64,000 nt of DNA from Camelus dromedarius (lineage: Eukaryota), in assembly GCF_036321535.1 (NCBI RefSeq), contig NC_087472.1, positions 98,086,001 to 98,150,000 on the forward strand, read 5' to 3'. The notes beneath the pieces were generated by a model. It was not told the origin of the DNA. It saw only the letters and a list, made by a program, of their open reading frames with translations, and made no database searches. Positions 49,061-63,399 of this stretch are shown here, piece after piece (position 1 is the stretch's first letter; every line of letters starts with the position of its first letter). The translations under genes and the position numbers were made by a program.

Positions 49061-52000
49061 AGGTCCAGAAACTTCTCTAAATCTATGGCTGTTCTTTCTT
49101 GAATATTAGTAACTGCCCAAGGACTGAGTAAAACTGATCCCAACAGCAGATTTTCTAACTTAAATCTTACTCACATATAAAAAAAAGTTAAGCCACATTA
49201 ATAAAATACAAAATCTAAATGATAAATCTAAAGTTAGTGGCACCTGAATAAAAACTGGATCCTACATGCATGCCCCTATCATAAGTTTATATGTCTTTAT
49301 GTTGTTTTGATCTATCTCCTCTAATTTCGTCTTTCTCTTACTGTAATCTCAAAAAATTTTTAATACATAAACTCTGTATAGGATCATCATTTTTTATGAA
49401 AATCCCCTTCATACACAAGAAATTCCACAAAGGCCAAGTTAAGAGTTAGTTACGAAAAATTCAAGGAAACATATTGCTCTTGTTTCAAGGGGGAAGAAGA
49501 TGTTTTTATAACATCCATCATGCCTGTATGTATTGTTAAAAACCTCAAATTATTGTGTTCGATCTTCTCTAATTGACCTCAAACAATCAAGTCACAAGCC
49601 GGCCTGGCTTCACTGTATTCCAATTCCCAGTATACCACCATTTCTTCCAAAAATTTAGTAAGCCAGGAAGATGAAACACAATATTATGATTAAGATGCTT
49701 TGGCTTTCAATTAGATTTGGACCACTTGGAGAATTTTTTGAGCTTTAGTCTCAAAGGAAAGGAAACTGTGTAGACAATATCAAGAAAGCCAAAGCTTCCC
49801 TCTGATGAAATGAAGTTAAATTCCCTTATTATAAAAGTTTAGACGATCCAAGTGAAGTTACCAGACATTTTTTAAACCTTCAGATTGCTATGGTTTCTAG
49901 GGAACATCTTAAATATACCAAACAGATTGAATAAAGTCAGTTAACCAAATCTCATTAGACACATACAAACTCTTGAGGCAAAAGGCTTTCTCAAGAGGCC
50001 AGTATTAGGACACTATGCTACCTGAGGTTTTTTAATCCCTGCATTTATAACTAATATGAATATTGCAAGCAGGAAATACGTGCTTAGGAAATACAATATT
50101 TTGAACTCAAATATGAATTTTTTTTTGCCAACTGCAATAAACCACAGATTAGGAAACAAAGTAGTAATACAAAAAGAAACATCACACAAATTGTGATGTA
50201 GGAAAAAGGACAAAGAAGTTAGAAAAAGTTCGTTTCCAAGGAAATCTCTCCTTGTCATCCTTATGGATTTTGCAGGCCACTGGGTGATGATGACTTTAAG
50301 TCACTGTTTCAGTAACAAATACTGAGACAACTCTGTATCCTTCCAAACACTCCTTCAGGATCACGTATATTCAAGCCTTTTATTGTTCCTTAAATCCTTA
50401 TTCTTGCTATCTCCTTACACAAAATAAACCCAAACATATGTAGCAAAATATGTTTTGAGGCATTAACTTCTGTTGTTTCCTGCATTTTTATACTTCCTTT
50501 CTCCCATTTAAGCCTGCGGCCAATTCTGCGCCATCTTGCCACAGAGGGAACTTCACAGAGGACCACTGTGTGCATCTGAGCAACCCTTGTTGCCAAACTG
50601 CATGTCCTGGGTGTGAGAGTACATCTGCCCATTGGAAAGGTGCCTTTTTTCTTTACCCAAAGGCGCCACCTGCTCACCCAACAGTATGCCCACAGTGCTG
50701 TGTCTTCCCGAAGGAGTCCTTTTTCTTATTTCCATGGGTTTGTAGGATTAGAAAAGCTAGGAACATTGAGTAAAGTAGAACATGACAGAAAAGGAAGTCT
50801 AAGTACAATGAGGGAGGAGAGTCTGGGGTAAGAGAGAGTTCTCCCAGAGCAAAAAGAGGATCTCCTTGACAACCAAAGAAGTCAGAGTTTCTCGTGAGCA
50901 GAGAGACCAGTCAGTGCCCCTAGAAAATGGCAGGATTCGAGAGGGGGTGGGAGGTCCAGGGCCCCAGCAGCAGAGAGGCACACTTGAAGGGGCCACGTGG
51001 GCTGGGATGGCAGGTTTCTTTTCAGAAACAGGTAACTGATGATCGGAGGGTACTCCTCCCAGTGCCCTTGGAGAAACCTGAGAAATGGGGTAGATGGGAG
51101 GTGCGGAAGGGCCGAGACTGGTTCTGTTTCCAACTAAAAGGTGAGGTGGAAGCTCAGAGTCAGAGATGAGATTGACTAAAGAAAATGCCTATTTCTCACA
51201 CATCTGAACTTGAGATCTGAGAGGTGGGTTTGGCACAAAAAATGAAGAGAAACATTCCCCAAATGGTTCTGACCAGTTGCCTGGTCATGCTTTAAGGGAA
51301 AGGTACCTTTGTCATGTGCCACTGTATACTAGTATCTCTCCTGTAAACTGTCACCAAATTCAGCTCATTTAAATCTCACAGCAACAGTGAAAAGTAAATT
51401 CTAATTCTCTCTTCATTACACACAGGGAAAAAGACTGGGAGACGTAAAACAATTTGCACAAAGACATTCCATGAATAAATCACAAAGCCAAACCATGAAC
51501 CTAATCTCTTTAACTCCAAAGCCTACTCTTTTTTACATTACAGCAGTGGTTTTCAAACTATGTTCCACAAAACCTAAAAGGTGCTTCAAAGGCTCCAAAT
51601 ATGCTGTTAGCTTTTTTAAAGTCTTAACTATTTCTAATAAAAGCAACTACATGGGCAGCCATCAATACACTAGTTTTTTTTTTTGTCAGGTTCACTGGGT
51701 TTTATGCCGTTCTCAGAAGAAAGCTTTTCCTACCAGTTTATCTAGAAACATGCTTGAACTTCTTGCAGCTGTGTCATCATTAGGATGACTGCAGTTTTAT
51801 TTTGTTAATGCAGGTGTCTGAATATTCACACATATAAAACAGTACCCACACGGAAGAACAGGAATATAACTAAAGCAAATGTGCCCTGCACTCAAATGCC
51901 AGGCCACACTCAAACATCAGTTTGGAAGAAGCTGCCATCTTGGCAGAGGAAAGCAGCAGTAAGCACATGAGTGCCTCTTTACGTTTTGAGAGTGTTCCAC

Positions 52001-52068
52001 CATTGACAGTTCAGTGTTTCTAGGATCAGTTTAATTGAATATTAAGCGTGCAAGGCAAGCTGTTAAAA

Positions 52069-52905
52069 ACTGATTACCATGTTCCTCTATTTCCCACGCT
52101 TCCTATAAGCTGATAGTAAAACTAGAGGCTTGATTAGATCCGAGTTCATTTTTTTCTTTTCTTTTGGCATCACTGGTGATAGTGTATGCTTCCCACCACG
52201 TGGTATCAGGAGGCATACAAAATCTGGTTGCCCCACTTTTAGCAATGCTACCATTTGATACATGAGTTCTTCTAATGTCAGTCTGATCTCCTTGTCCTGA
52301 ATTTCCCCATCAACCATTCATCTAATAGTTTCAGCAGCTATTGGTGATAGCGGCTTTGATCCTTTATTTCATTAGGGATCTTTAAAAATGGTAACTTTTT
52401 ATTCGTATTATTACTCCTGCATTTTTAAAACTGATTCTCCTACAAAAAAAGAATTTTCCCTCATTAGCTATTAGGTTACCCTGAAATCAGTCAAATCCAG
52501 TATGTTGTAAATTAAAATAGACATATCAACCAAATACACAACGTGATTCATTTTTGAAACCTGAATCAAAGACCAACAGTTTAATTTTTTTTTAAAGGAT
52601 ATATTTGAGACAATTAGGAAAACTGAGAATTAACTGAGTATTAGATGCTAATTATGGAATTATAATTACTTTTTTGGTTGTGATAATAGTCCTTTCCATC
52701 AGATAAACACTGATGCATTTACTAGTGTAATAATCTCATACCTTGGATTTGCTATAAAATGCTCCAGCCTCCCCTCCAAAAGGAGGAGTTTAGACAAAAC
52801 AGGAAGAGCCAAAAGTTGCTGGCTGTTGAAGTTGGGTTGATGAGTACATGGGAGTTTGTTGTACTATTCTTTTTACTTTTATTTGTATTATTTTCAATAA
52901 ATAAA
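52069..52905. mobile_element. Ancient L1MC/ME element with an inverted 5' segment (52069-52490 minus; 52485-52905 plus)
   Basis: Both halves align by eye to consecutive parts of the collinear L1 at ~630-1750. Confidence 0.7.
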
Positions 52906-53354
52906 TTCAATCGTTAGACTAGGTCCAGAAATCGGCAAAAAATGAAATGGTTATCATTTGCCTGTGTGTGAATCAAGATCTTCCATCATGCAACAGAGTG
53001 CATAAACTTAGGTTTGAAAGAGTCTCCAGCTTACTTCAAAACACCACTTAAGGAGTTTAGAAAGGATATCATACTAGTTCTGGAATTAAGCATGACAGTC
53101 TTAAAACCTGGTGTTTGTTTAAGTGAGCAATCTATCAACATGGGACAGTGGTCGCCTGGACCATCACCATCATGTAGACCACTGAAGAGCAGGTCTCATC
53201 TGGATAGTATTAGAATATGTCTCAGTGCCATGCAGTTGTTCCATCACCCAACGTGGAAATACAGCTGTCTCTGTAACTAAGAAATTTGCTCTTGAGTAGA
53301 TGGGAATTCGTTCAGTGACTAAAGTTTTTTTTATTGAGACTCCTACTGCCTAAA

Positions 53355-53530
53355 CTAGAGATGACAAACCGCAGCCCGCAGGCTAGCCCGCCGTACACCA
53401 CACGCACTTATGTTCACGCTGCCTACAGCTGCTTCACCGGGGACAACAGCAGAGTCGTCGCATGGCCCACACAGCCTAAAATATTTACTATCTGGTCCTT
53501 TACAGAAAAACATTTGAATGCCCCTTGGTA
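53355..53530. mobile_element. MER58A-like hAT MITE (internally deleted)
   Basis: atggcccacacagcctaaaatatttactatctggtcctttacagaaaaa. Confidence 0.8.
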
Positions 53531-54431
53531 TAAATCAAAAAATAAACTCCAGGGTGTCAATTTTTAAAAGTTGACTTGTAGCCAGAGAGGATAATACAGT
53601 CTAAAGGTTTTATACTTCAATGATTTAAATATCAATATATCATTATTTTCTGGTTCAACAAAGAACAGAATTGGGAGGGAAAATCACTGACTTGACAAAA
53701 TTTTCATTACCAAAGTAACTGTGGAGCCAAAAAAAAAAAAAACAAGATCAAAACACAAAGCAATTTGAGAAGTGTTATTTGTATTCCTGCCAAGCTCTTT
53801 CATTGATGAATCTCATTGTTGGCAGTTTTCCGACAGTCTCCTGATTTGACCAATGTAATACTCCACCTCGCAGTATGTCCTCATGGCCAATTCCTTTATG
53901 GAAGAGATGTTTACTCTCCCAACCAAAAATGCACCCAACCACTTAGACCAGAGCAAGCTCTCTTATCTTTTGAAAGGAAGGACAAGAGACTCAAGACTAA
54001 ACTTGACAATGAAATCTTAGGCATGTACACAAGATGTTAGCGAAAGGAAAACAAGGACTCATAGCACGGGTTCACTCCTCCATCAGGGGAGGGAGGAGAT
54101 CAGAGGAAGAGTAGTTCAGAAAGTCTCTGCAGGTCTGTCCCCCCTGGAATTTAGGGGCCCCACACATACTCAGGGTAGATATTTGAGGGCCAGATCACAG
54201 ATCACTTGAAATTCACTCACTGGCTTCCTGAAAGACTGACAAAACCAGTTTGTTCCTGATTTACATTCTGTAAATGTGGGGGAGGGAGAGGGGATAGTCT
54301 AGATCCTAGCGGTTAACAGAATTTTTAACCCTATCATTTCACTAAGGTGGTAAGAGTCTCTTTCCCTGGGAAGGCAACCCAAAAGGTCAACCTTGGACTG
54401 AACAGAGAACATGAACAAGTCCTCACTATAC

Positions 54432-54658
54432 CTTCAAGATGTGTTTGCTGGACACCTTGTCATCAGAAGACACATACAAACGGATGAACACAGAATTACT
54501 GTACTGGCCACGAAACGTTGCAAGCGTCTGCAGGAGGCTGAACTTTCTCTCTGACCAAACCCCTTCAGGACCAATATTAGATTCAAGCACAGGCCAGCGG
54601 AAAGGTGAGTGCCGCAGGATATGTAGCAGTGGCTTGGCATCTGCTTTTTCAATCGCTT
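54432..54658 (-). CDS. PHEX: PHEX exon 5 (227 nt): [76 protein letters not shown]
   Basis: Acceptor ...ccctttcAG|AAGCG and donor TTGAAG|GTatag; open frame; M13-family WP motif. Confidence 0.97.
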
Positions 54659-55708
54659 CTGAAAGGGAGCAAATATGAAGGGAGAGTTAGAATTGCAAAG
54701 AACTGGATCACCAAACTAGAAAACAAGTATATCTTCTCAAGAGAAAATTCCAGTAAGGCCCCAACCTAACTTTTTGGGAGAGGTGCAGTGGATTGAGCAT
54801 GACCACAGAGACAGAACTACCCATGACTCACACTTCAACATGACTGTCTAAACCTAGTGTTCTTGTCAGGAGAACTGACTAGGGAACCTGCCCAACATTT
54901 CCAATAAAAGGTAGGCTCACTATATTGACCCAAGCCAATAAGCATTGTGAAGCTGATAACACTCTGCAAGACTACAGAATAGTCCTAACTAAAGGAAACT
55001 GCTCGATAAAACTAATCATTCCCCAATAAAAATGAATCACTGCCTCAGACTCTTTCATCATCTTTGACTGCCCTCTTCTAGCTCACCAAATAATACCCCA
55101 AAACCTAAACAAGTTAACATGCTTCCCAGAGGTACTGGCTTCTTCCTGCAATGGTCTTGACAAAACAAACCAGGTAAAACGTCAAGTGTCTCCTTTAACT
55201 CCAATCAGACCCAGGATGCTGAGACCAGCCTACAGCACCCAACAAAGATGCCTGTTAGGCTGATAGAGAAGCAGAAGGAGCCTGGCCCACCTGGGAATCT
55301 GGGTTTCTCTAGGCCCCAGGAGGTTCCATGGGACATAGCAACACTCCCAAGTGCCCTCCCTCCCAGGCTCCTCCTCAAATCAGACGTAGCCTCCAGATTC
55401 CGGTTTCTGTACCACATGCAGTAGGGTTTGCCCTTCTGACCCTGCCCAAGTTTCTCATGGACCAACTAACCCAAAGAATTCAAACCACCCACAGAAATAA
55501 AATTTTCTTATTTTCGCCATCAAGCCAGGAACAGGACATTAAGACCAGGCTAGTCAAAATTCAGTCTCGGAGAATTGCTCCTTCCTTAAACAACATTTTA
55601 ATAGAAATCTTAGTAGTTATCTTTTTACTTAAACAATATCTATAACCATTAATAGAAGTCTGAAGAATAAGGGTGGTAAATATTTTATTTATTTTCTTTA
55701 TTACTCAC

Positions 55709-55795
55709 TCTCATTCATGCAAGATGAATAAAGGATTTTGGCTTTCTGTATGGCTTCAGTGTCCCTCCTTCTACTGACTGATTTCTCCAAAAGCA
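55709..55795 (-). CDS. PHEX: PHEX exon 4 (87 nt, phase 1-1): [29 protein letters not shown]
   Basis: Acceptor ...ttttctAG|TGCTTTTGGAG and donor GAGA|GTgagt; translated by hand; not in the ORF track. Confidence 0.96.
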
Positions 55796-57934
55796 CTAGA
55801 AAGGGTAAAAAGGGATTCATTAGTATCCACCTACACATGGTGCTGAGTTGGAGGTCATCTGATAATCACAGTCATAGTCTCCAGAAAGTTAAATGTAAAG
55901 ACAGACAACTCTGCAAAAGACACATCTATAAAAGACACTCAGACAGAAGAACCTATTCCATGTTGCTTGAGGTTCAAATAAAAAATATTTAACATTCTCT
56001 TCTCCAAGGTTCTCCTAATTCAAAGAAACCAAAAGTTCAATTTCCAACTGAGACTGGACCTTCCACAGGGGTTAATGTTTTCTCCCACCTACACAAAAAG
56101 AAACAGAATTCATTTATTTAAGAACCAAAAACAACTGAATTCCATTTCTTGTTTCTGCACCGAGTAATATTCTCAACGGAGGCAATTTCATCAGGGTCGA
56201 GTTTCTTAAGATTTTTTGACAGCCCGGCCCCTCAGGGAGGTCACCTGGAAGAAATTTCCTATTAGAAGTTTTATTCAATGTTGCATAAACACACTGAGGA
56301 CACGAAAGACGTTGTTTAGACAGGAAATGGAGAAGCAAGAATGGAAAGCCTACCCAGATTGCCTGAAAACTTGCCCATTTACACATTCAAAGTCCTGGCC
56401 ATTTAAAATGAGGCCATGTATATAAAATGGTTGCCAGTATGGACATAAGCCCACCTGAAGAATGACTTTCTATTTATAAAATCACTGATGCTATTGTTTG
56501 AAGGTAGAAAATGATACCTGTCACTATTTCATGAAATAAGGAACTAGGAAAGCCAAGACTCAATAAAAACTACCCTCCGCCCCAAAAATACCATCTTAGA
56601 TGTATAAGAGAGTATCAATTTACTGACATGAAGCCAAGACAAAGAATCCCCACACAGCACCACGGCACTCCCTTCATCGAGCTATGTCAAACTGCAATTG
56701 TCAAGGCATTTACCTCTGAAACACCCTAGCAGCTTCCAAATGATGGTACAACAGATGCTCCTACAACACTTGGAATAGCTTTCAAGATACAACGTACAGT
56801 GGTAATCAAGTTAAATAATTACATATTCCCTAAAGAGGGATCTACTTCTAAACTAGAAGTTCTACATTTCAAAAACAATGCAACCCAGAGCTTCTGTCCA
56901 GTTTTCTGTAAGCACCTGTACATCAAACAAGTTCATATAACTAGATAGATTCAATTAAAGTTGAACTGGATATGGGCCTATCAATTATTTCAACTTGTTC
57001 ATTTCTTATGTATTATCATAGCAATAAAAGTGGGATAACTATCCCCAAGGATAAAGGAAGGAGACTTTTTTTAATAAACAGAAATCTCTAAAACCATAGC
57101 CACATATATTTCTATTCAAATTAGATCATGTGCCTTTCCACCATATTGCTTCCACAGTCACTGGATTGCTGGGGGGAGACATTTGAAAGTAATCCAAATT
57201 TCATTTCATTTAGGGATGTAACATTATTCTGATACTATAAACACTCCACAGGCTGCAAGCATGAATACCTTGAGGACCAAAAACAAGCCATAGAACAAAA
57301 GAACTTAAAGTATTAAGTACGTACCTGAGTGTGCACCCAAGGCACTGTGTCTCACGAGAAGAGGGAAGACATGTATATACAAAATAGGGCAATCCCCAAA
57401 CCCTGGCCATGCACAACCATCAATAATTTGTATGCATCAGAATTCTGGTTTCTGTGCCAGAATTTGGCTTTTAAAACAAATTTAGCTATCACAGGTTTCT
57501 TGTTATACCCTTCCCCTTCTCCTCACCTCCTCTTCATACCCAAGCAGGCAGGAGAGCACTGATATGCACATAGTGTTGTGACAATCAGTTGGCAGCATCC
57601 ATTTTATCTATCTCTGTATTTGAATTAGTGGCAAGAAGAATTCAATCTAGCCTGGAGAGTCATTAATGAGCAGAAAATAAAGCCTCTCAAAGGCAATTAC
57701 TCAGGTTATTAAAATGTCCCTAAAGCACTGAGACGGGCTCATGGGTCACCCATATAAGGGCTTTCCCATCATAATCTGTATTGTTTCTTGGAAGATTTCT
57801 CAGTCTCCCCTCACCCCCATGCAGGTATTCTAACCAAGTGACAAAGAAAAGGGAAACTCCAGTTCATAATAACCTATAGTGCAACAAACCTCAGATTCTA
57901 AAATCAGTTTCAAGTGTCTCTGATCATCAAAATT

Positions 57935-58010
57935 TGATATATATATATGTATGTATGTGTATGCATGTATATATGTGTGCGTGTATATGTATATATCTGT
58001 GTATACATAA
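57935..58010. repeat. Compound (TA)/(TATG)/(TG) microsatellite
   Basis: gatatatatatatatgtatgtatgtgtatgcatgtatatatgtgtgcgtgtatatgtatata. Confidence 0.9.
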
Positions 58011-58084
58011 TGTAAGTATGTTTTTTCTCACTATGCTCAAATAAAATTGGTTTTACCAAAAAAAAAAAAAAGGCAAAATAATAG

Positions 58085-58325
58085 ACATAGTCAAGGGGGT
58101 GAGCTCTCACTCACAAAGACCCGGGTTCCAGATGCAGCTTGCTGCTATTGTCTACCTGGAACTTCAGCAAGTTACTTAATCTCTCTAAGCCTCAGTTTCT
58201 TCATCTGTAAATCTGGATAAATACTGGTGCCTACCTCCCAGGGCTGTGGTGAGGAGTGAACACTTTGATGCACAGAAAGTCCCTATCTCAATGCCATAAC
58301 ACATGGCAAGTGATCAGTCAATCAA
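58085..58325 (+). mobile_element. MIR SINE
   Basis: gcaagttacttaatctctctaagcctcagtttcttcatctgtaaa..cctacctcccagggctgtggtgagg. Confidence 0.85.
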
Positions 58326-58629
58326 TGGGGGCTTAAACCAGCTTCCAGGCTGAGTCAGCCATACACAAAATTGTCATCAAGCTTGTTTCTAGTGCTTCCT
58401 CCGTAAATGTTTTCTCCTCCCTTCTCAGGATACTGGTCTCCAAAGGCCTTCTGCTAACCTAAGACATTGGTACTCCTTGTGCAGGACTCTTTCATCAACT
58501 GGACCTGCCCTAAGAGCCAAGCAAAACCCCATGCTCTCAGCATCTCTGCTGCTTCCATAGTAGTGGCAATGCTCCGGCAAGAGAGAAACTCTGAAAATAT
58601 CTGGCTCCATTCCTCAACCCAGACAACAA

Positions 58630-59180
58630 AGTCTTTTCCTTCTGTAAACTTTTTTCAGTGCAATTATAACATACAGAGAAAAGTACACCTGTCATAAATC
58701 TGAAGGACTTTCACAAAGTTAACGTATGCATGTAATCAACATTATGACCAGAACCCCAGGAGCTCCTTGTGCTTCCCTCCAGTCACTATCTCCAATCAAG
58801 AAAACCAACATTCTCTTTTGTGAAGTGCTTCCTCAACTATTTCCCACATTTTTATTGGTAATCTACCTTTTTCGTATTGATTTATAGAAGTTCTTTATAT
58901 ATTCTACACACAAGTCCTGTATTGAATATTTGTATTACAAAATCTTCTTCCATTCCACAGACTTCATTTTTTCTTAGCGGTATCATGTGATGAACTGAAC
59001 TTAGTTTAATGTAGTCCAGTGTGACCATTTGTTCCATCTATGGCAAGCATATTTTGTGTCCTATTTAAGAAATCTTTGCCTACCCTGAGGTCATGAAGAT
59101 CCTGCCTAATGTCTTCCTCTAGAATCTTTACTGTTTCACATTTAGATCCACAGTCCATATAGAAATTGGTTTTGCCCACC
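58630..59180 (-). mobile_element. Old L1M fragments
   Basis: ttctttatatattctacacacaagtcct..tttaagaaatctttgcctaccctgaggtcatgaaga..tcttcctctagaa. Confidence 0.75.
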
Positions 59181-62060
59181 CACTGTGGACAGCCATGCCA
59201 TTGTAACATAAACCTGGCCTCAAAGGGGACGAATCATGTGAAAATTTTAGTAAAGAAGGTGTTTTTGGTCACTGGGTCTCACATTCATCTGTGAACATCC
59301 AGGGCTTAGTGCTTGGCATGGCTGGTGTTCAATGTTTGTGCAGCTGAATTCCTGGCAAAGAAAGTCTGAGAGTTTTTCACCCAAATGAAAAGGAAATGTG
59401 AGAAGTTGGACTAACTTCTTTTATTATTTCTTTTTATAATCAGCAGTGTCCTGATAGCATAAACATCCATGATCTCCTTTTCTCACATTCCAGTCCCTGT
59501 AGCAACCATACAATGACATCCAAGATCGTGTCTGTTTCTGAAAATACCAGTTTTTATGCTACCCAAGTCTTATTTCACCAGTGGTCTCAGGTTAATCAGC
59601 CACTTCCACTTTCCTGCTCTTCTGTGGAGGGGGGTGCCGAATACTTAGTTGGCATTCAACCTCCTTTAAGCTCAGAAGCCAGGTGAGATTACTAATTCTA
59701 CTCACTCATCCCATTTCTCCTGCTCAGACAGGGCCTTTACTGAGAGCTCTGGAACAGGAAGAAGAAATTCCAAAGGAAGAAGGACAATACTCCCGAGGAC
59801 TGAGAAGTCCCCTGGTAAGGCAAGAGCTCACAACAGTCACGAGCAGCTCAGGCCAGTCAAGTGGAGTTTGGGAAATATTCAGGACTTTCCTAACTAACAC
59901 TGTTTTCAAAAACTCCACACGCACAAACTTTCAGGCCCGTGAGCAAACACCTACCAAGAACCTCGGCACTGAGCTGATGCCATCTGAAGGAGAGAGCTCC
60001 CAGAGCACAGGAACTCTTTCAAAACACCCTCCTTTCTGTTCTTTCTCCAGACCCTGTAATCCCTCTATGTGCCTATTCTAAAGGGGATCCTCTGGCTACG
60101 TGCTAAGAGATCAATGAATGCTGGAGCTGTTTGCCTGATTTGCTTAATAGAAACAACAACTGCATTCTAGAACCTCCAGTCAAACATCATCCAGGTGCAT
60201 TCTCAATTTCATGTAGATTATGCCAACGTTTCCCTTAGAAATCAGGGGGAGCGTCCTTTTAATTCTAGTGAGAGAAAGAACATGAAAAATCAACTCTGGA
60301 AAACCAAATCTACATTTTAAGGGAAGGTGTGTCCTTCCACACCTACATAAGAAACAGAATGCTCTCTAGACATATATTTTTTTAAAAATCTATCATATCA
60401 TAGCCTGCCTGGTTTCTCCTTTGGTGGTACTTTAAAGCTACTTTCAGATGGTCCATGGCTCTAATGTCACCTCTAATCTTACTATTTTTAGTCTCTGTTG
60501 ATTTTCCAGGCTGCAGACTTCAATCTGGTTTCCAGGCTCCTCAGTTTATTTACCGTACTGAGAAATTTCATTTTTCTAACTCACACTGCATGGATATTAA
60601 ATTCTTATGCAGTTAGACCTGGAGACTCTAAATCAGCTTGCAAAGGCCGTTGTTATTCTCATTAAAAAATAAAATTCCAGTTAACTAAGTCATGGTCTGT
60701 GGATCCCGTAACCCTCATGTTTTCACACGGATTGTGTGACACTCGACTTTGCAGTTCTTCAGCCACATAGCCGGTCAAGCATGGGATTAACTGAGTCTGT
60801 TTGACATACTGAAAAGACAATAAGAGCTGATATTTCTCATTCTTCTGGAAAACTCCCATCTAAATATAGGGAGAGAAGCTGTCAGAATGCTTTTCTCTGT
60901 TCATTTTTTATGATCACCTCATAAATGATCATTGTTGGCTGGCATTAGCTTAAGAAAAAGGGACAGAGATTACTTTAAAGGCATTAAAAACCTCTAAGTC
61001 ATCGATCTAAATCACGGGTTACCAAATAACATAAAAATATCCCCCTTTTAACACAAAAGACCTCTTTGTCCATAATGAAATCAATTTTATACAACTGCCA
61101 GACACTACAAAAGTCTAACAGAAGGCAACTCTTTTATTATGTTGACTTATAAGTGAATTTTTAAGGATTACACTTACCAAGGTCACACTTCAAAATAATT
61201 TAACTTAAATTTTAAGATTACTCTTTGATAGTATATCATTACAATGATTCTGCCAACATGATATTTTAACTCATAAAAACAGTTTCTCTGTTTAGATAAT
61301 TTGTATCATAACAGATAATTTAATGTAAGGAAGGCCTGTGCTGAACTCAATGTCATTAAAATTCATCTTCAGTTTTTTTCCTATAATAAGAACCTTAATA
61401 TCACCTGCTTATTTCTACCATCTTAACATTACAAGGAAAAGTCCGTGTATGGCTATATGGTCCCTGCAGTGGTCCTTCCTGAGCAGTCCCAAGACATCCA
61501 AGGATCCTAGTGACAGTGTTCATTTATTAAGCACCTGCTCTGAACAAGGTGTACTGTATTAATGACCCCAATTAATCCCCCACCAACCCTAAACAGCATG
61601 AACCGTTAACCCTATTCTACAAGCAAGATAACTGTAAAAACTTGTCCAACGAAACTCAGCTAGTAAAGGTTAGAGCTTGGATCTGGACCCAAGTCTCTGA
61701 TTCCTGCTCGGATGACCATTAGGTACCCACCAGTAAAATTCTGCAGGGCACTTTCCTGCACGAGAACAAGGCCCCCAGGTGGCTAAATCAGAGGCAGCAA
61801 CGTGCTCAGGGACTTTCTTGACAGATCTCTCCATTGTAACTGGAAGAAAGGCCTTCCCTGGTTTTACCAAGACTTGTTTTTCACTGCAGTGGAGTGACTC
61901 TGTGCTAAGCCATCTTCACCCTTTGCCCTGTCACCCTATTTGTGACCAGGGACACACACTCCTGAGGCACCTACCCAGAGGCAGGAGCCCTGGTGAGGTT
62001 AGATCAAAACAAAATGAGCTGGTCCCTAAGGCATGACTTTACATAATGTCCTAGACTAAA

Positions 62061-62237
62061 CCAGGGGTTTCTAAACTTGAGCATGCATCAGTATCATCAG
62101 AGGGGCTTGTTAAAACACAGAGTATTGGGTCCTTCTGCCAGAGCATCTGATTCAGCAGGTCTGGGGTGGGGCCCAGACATTTGCATTTCAAACAAATGCT
62201 GATGCTACAGGAAGAGGATCATACTTTGAGAACCAGT
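62061..62237. mobile_element. MER5A-like MITE
   Basis: caggggtttctaaacttgagcatgcatcag..tgttaaaacacag..ggtctggggtggggccc..actttgagaaccagt. Confidence 0.85.
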
Positions 62238-63399
62238 ACTTTCAACCAACAGCACTCACCAGCCATCCCTTTCCCCCAAACTTTACTGAAGTATAGTTGA
62301 CAGTTATTAGCAGTCCTTTGATGTCTGTGAGCCCAGGACATCACTAGCCCAGATTCCTTCCTCCCCCATTCCCTAGTGGCCCAGTCAAATCAGGAGTTTT
62401 AGCCTTTCTTTGCTGATTTCCTCACTCTGCAGCTCCATTTTAATTCAGTGTCAACATTCTTTACAGAGAGCATTACTTTCTCTTGTCCTGGAAACACTCT
62501 CCTTGCATTGGCCCATTTAGGTCTAAGTTAGTCCTCAGTTCTGCAAAACTCAGCTTTAAAAAGTTCCTTTCTTAAAGGTGAAATGCAACAGGGTTTTGAG
62601 GTGAGAGTCGATTCACTGGTTTAAGAGAGAAAAAAAATCAGCACTATGCCGGAAAGACTTCCAAAATGAAAAAACAATACAGGATAGCTATTTTCAACTC
62701 CTGCTTATACCACACCCTACGAAGAGGAAGAAATACTGCATCCCCGGATCCTAAAAAATCTGAGCTCCAGACTTCATGATTCCTCTCTCATCTACGACAG
62801 CGGCATCAAAACACTGTAAACATAGGTTTAAAAAGCCACTTCCCAACTAACCCCTGTTTTCACTCCCACCTTCCCTGAGGAGGTGAGAGCAGCAGAGGTT
62901 CTATTCTTGGCTGTTCAAACCACAGTGTGCGGTTGAGGGAGGCTATCCTCTAAAAGTGGGTTTCTGACAGTGAGGGGTTCGGAGCTGGGCTCTCTTTCCT
63001 TCTCTATCCAGAATCCTCTCCTGCAAAAGATGGGAAGCAACAGCACCCTTGGCAGGAGCAGAGGACCCAAAGGGCCAAAGGACCAAAGGGCTGGGGTGGG
63101 GGGGACCAGAATTAACCTCACTGCCCATTGGCTGTGGCTTCGGCTCCCCTCACTGATTCTGCCCAGTGCCTGGGGGTGTTTCAAAAAAAACAGGGGCCAC
63201 AAAGAAGAGAAAATGACCCTTCATGCTGAACTGAGAATAAAAGAGAGAAAAGGATGCCGAATAATACTTGAGGTTTTCTGTAACAAGGAAGACAAACTCT
63301 ACCTTCATCTGGGTCCCAAGCTAGAAAACAGAACAGCATGCCAGGGCCTTCTGAACTATCTTCATACATCAATCCCCTCCTCTGAGCCATCCCCCACAT

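Noticed and set aside
50285..50325. C/D-box-like TGATGA...CTGA
   Set aside because: Only about 41 nt, no terminal stem, and on the strand opposite the host transcript.
60700..60830. Strong-looking minus-strand acceptor (ctcttattgtcttttcAG at 60809-10), possible cryptic exon in intron 3
   Set aside because: No good donor downstream, and the peptide does not resemble PHEX or other M13 proteins; unsupported without RNA data.
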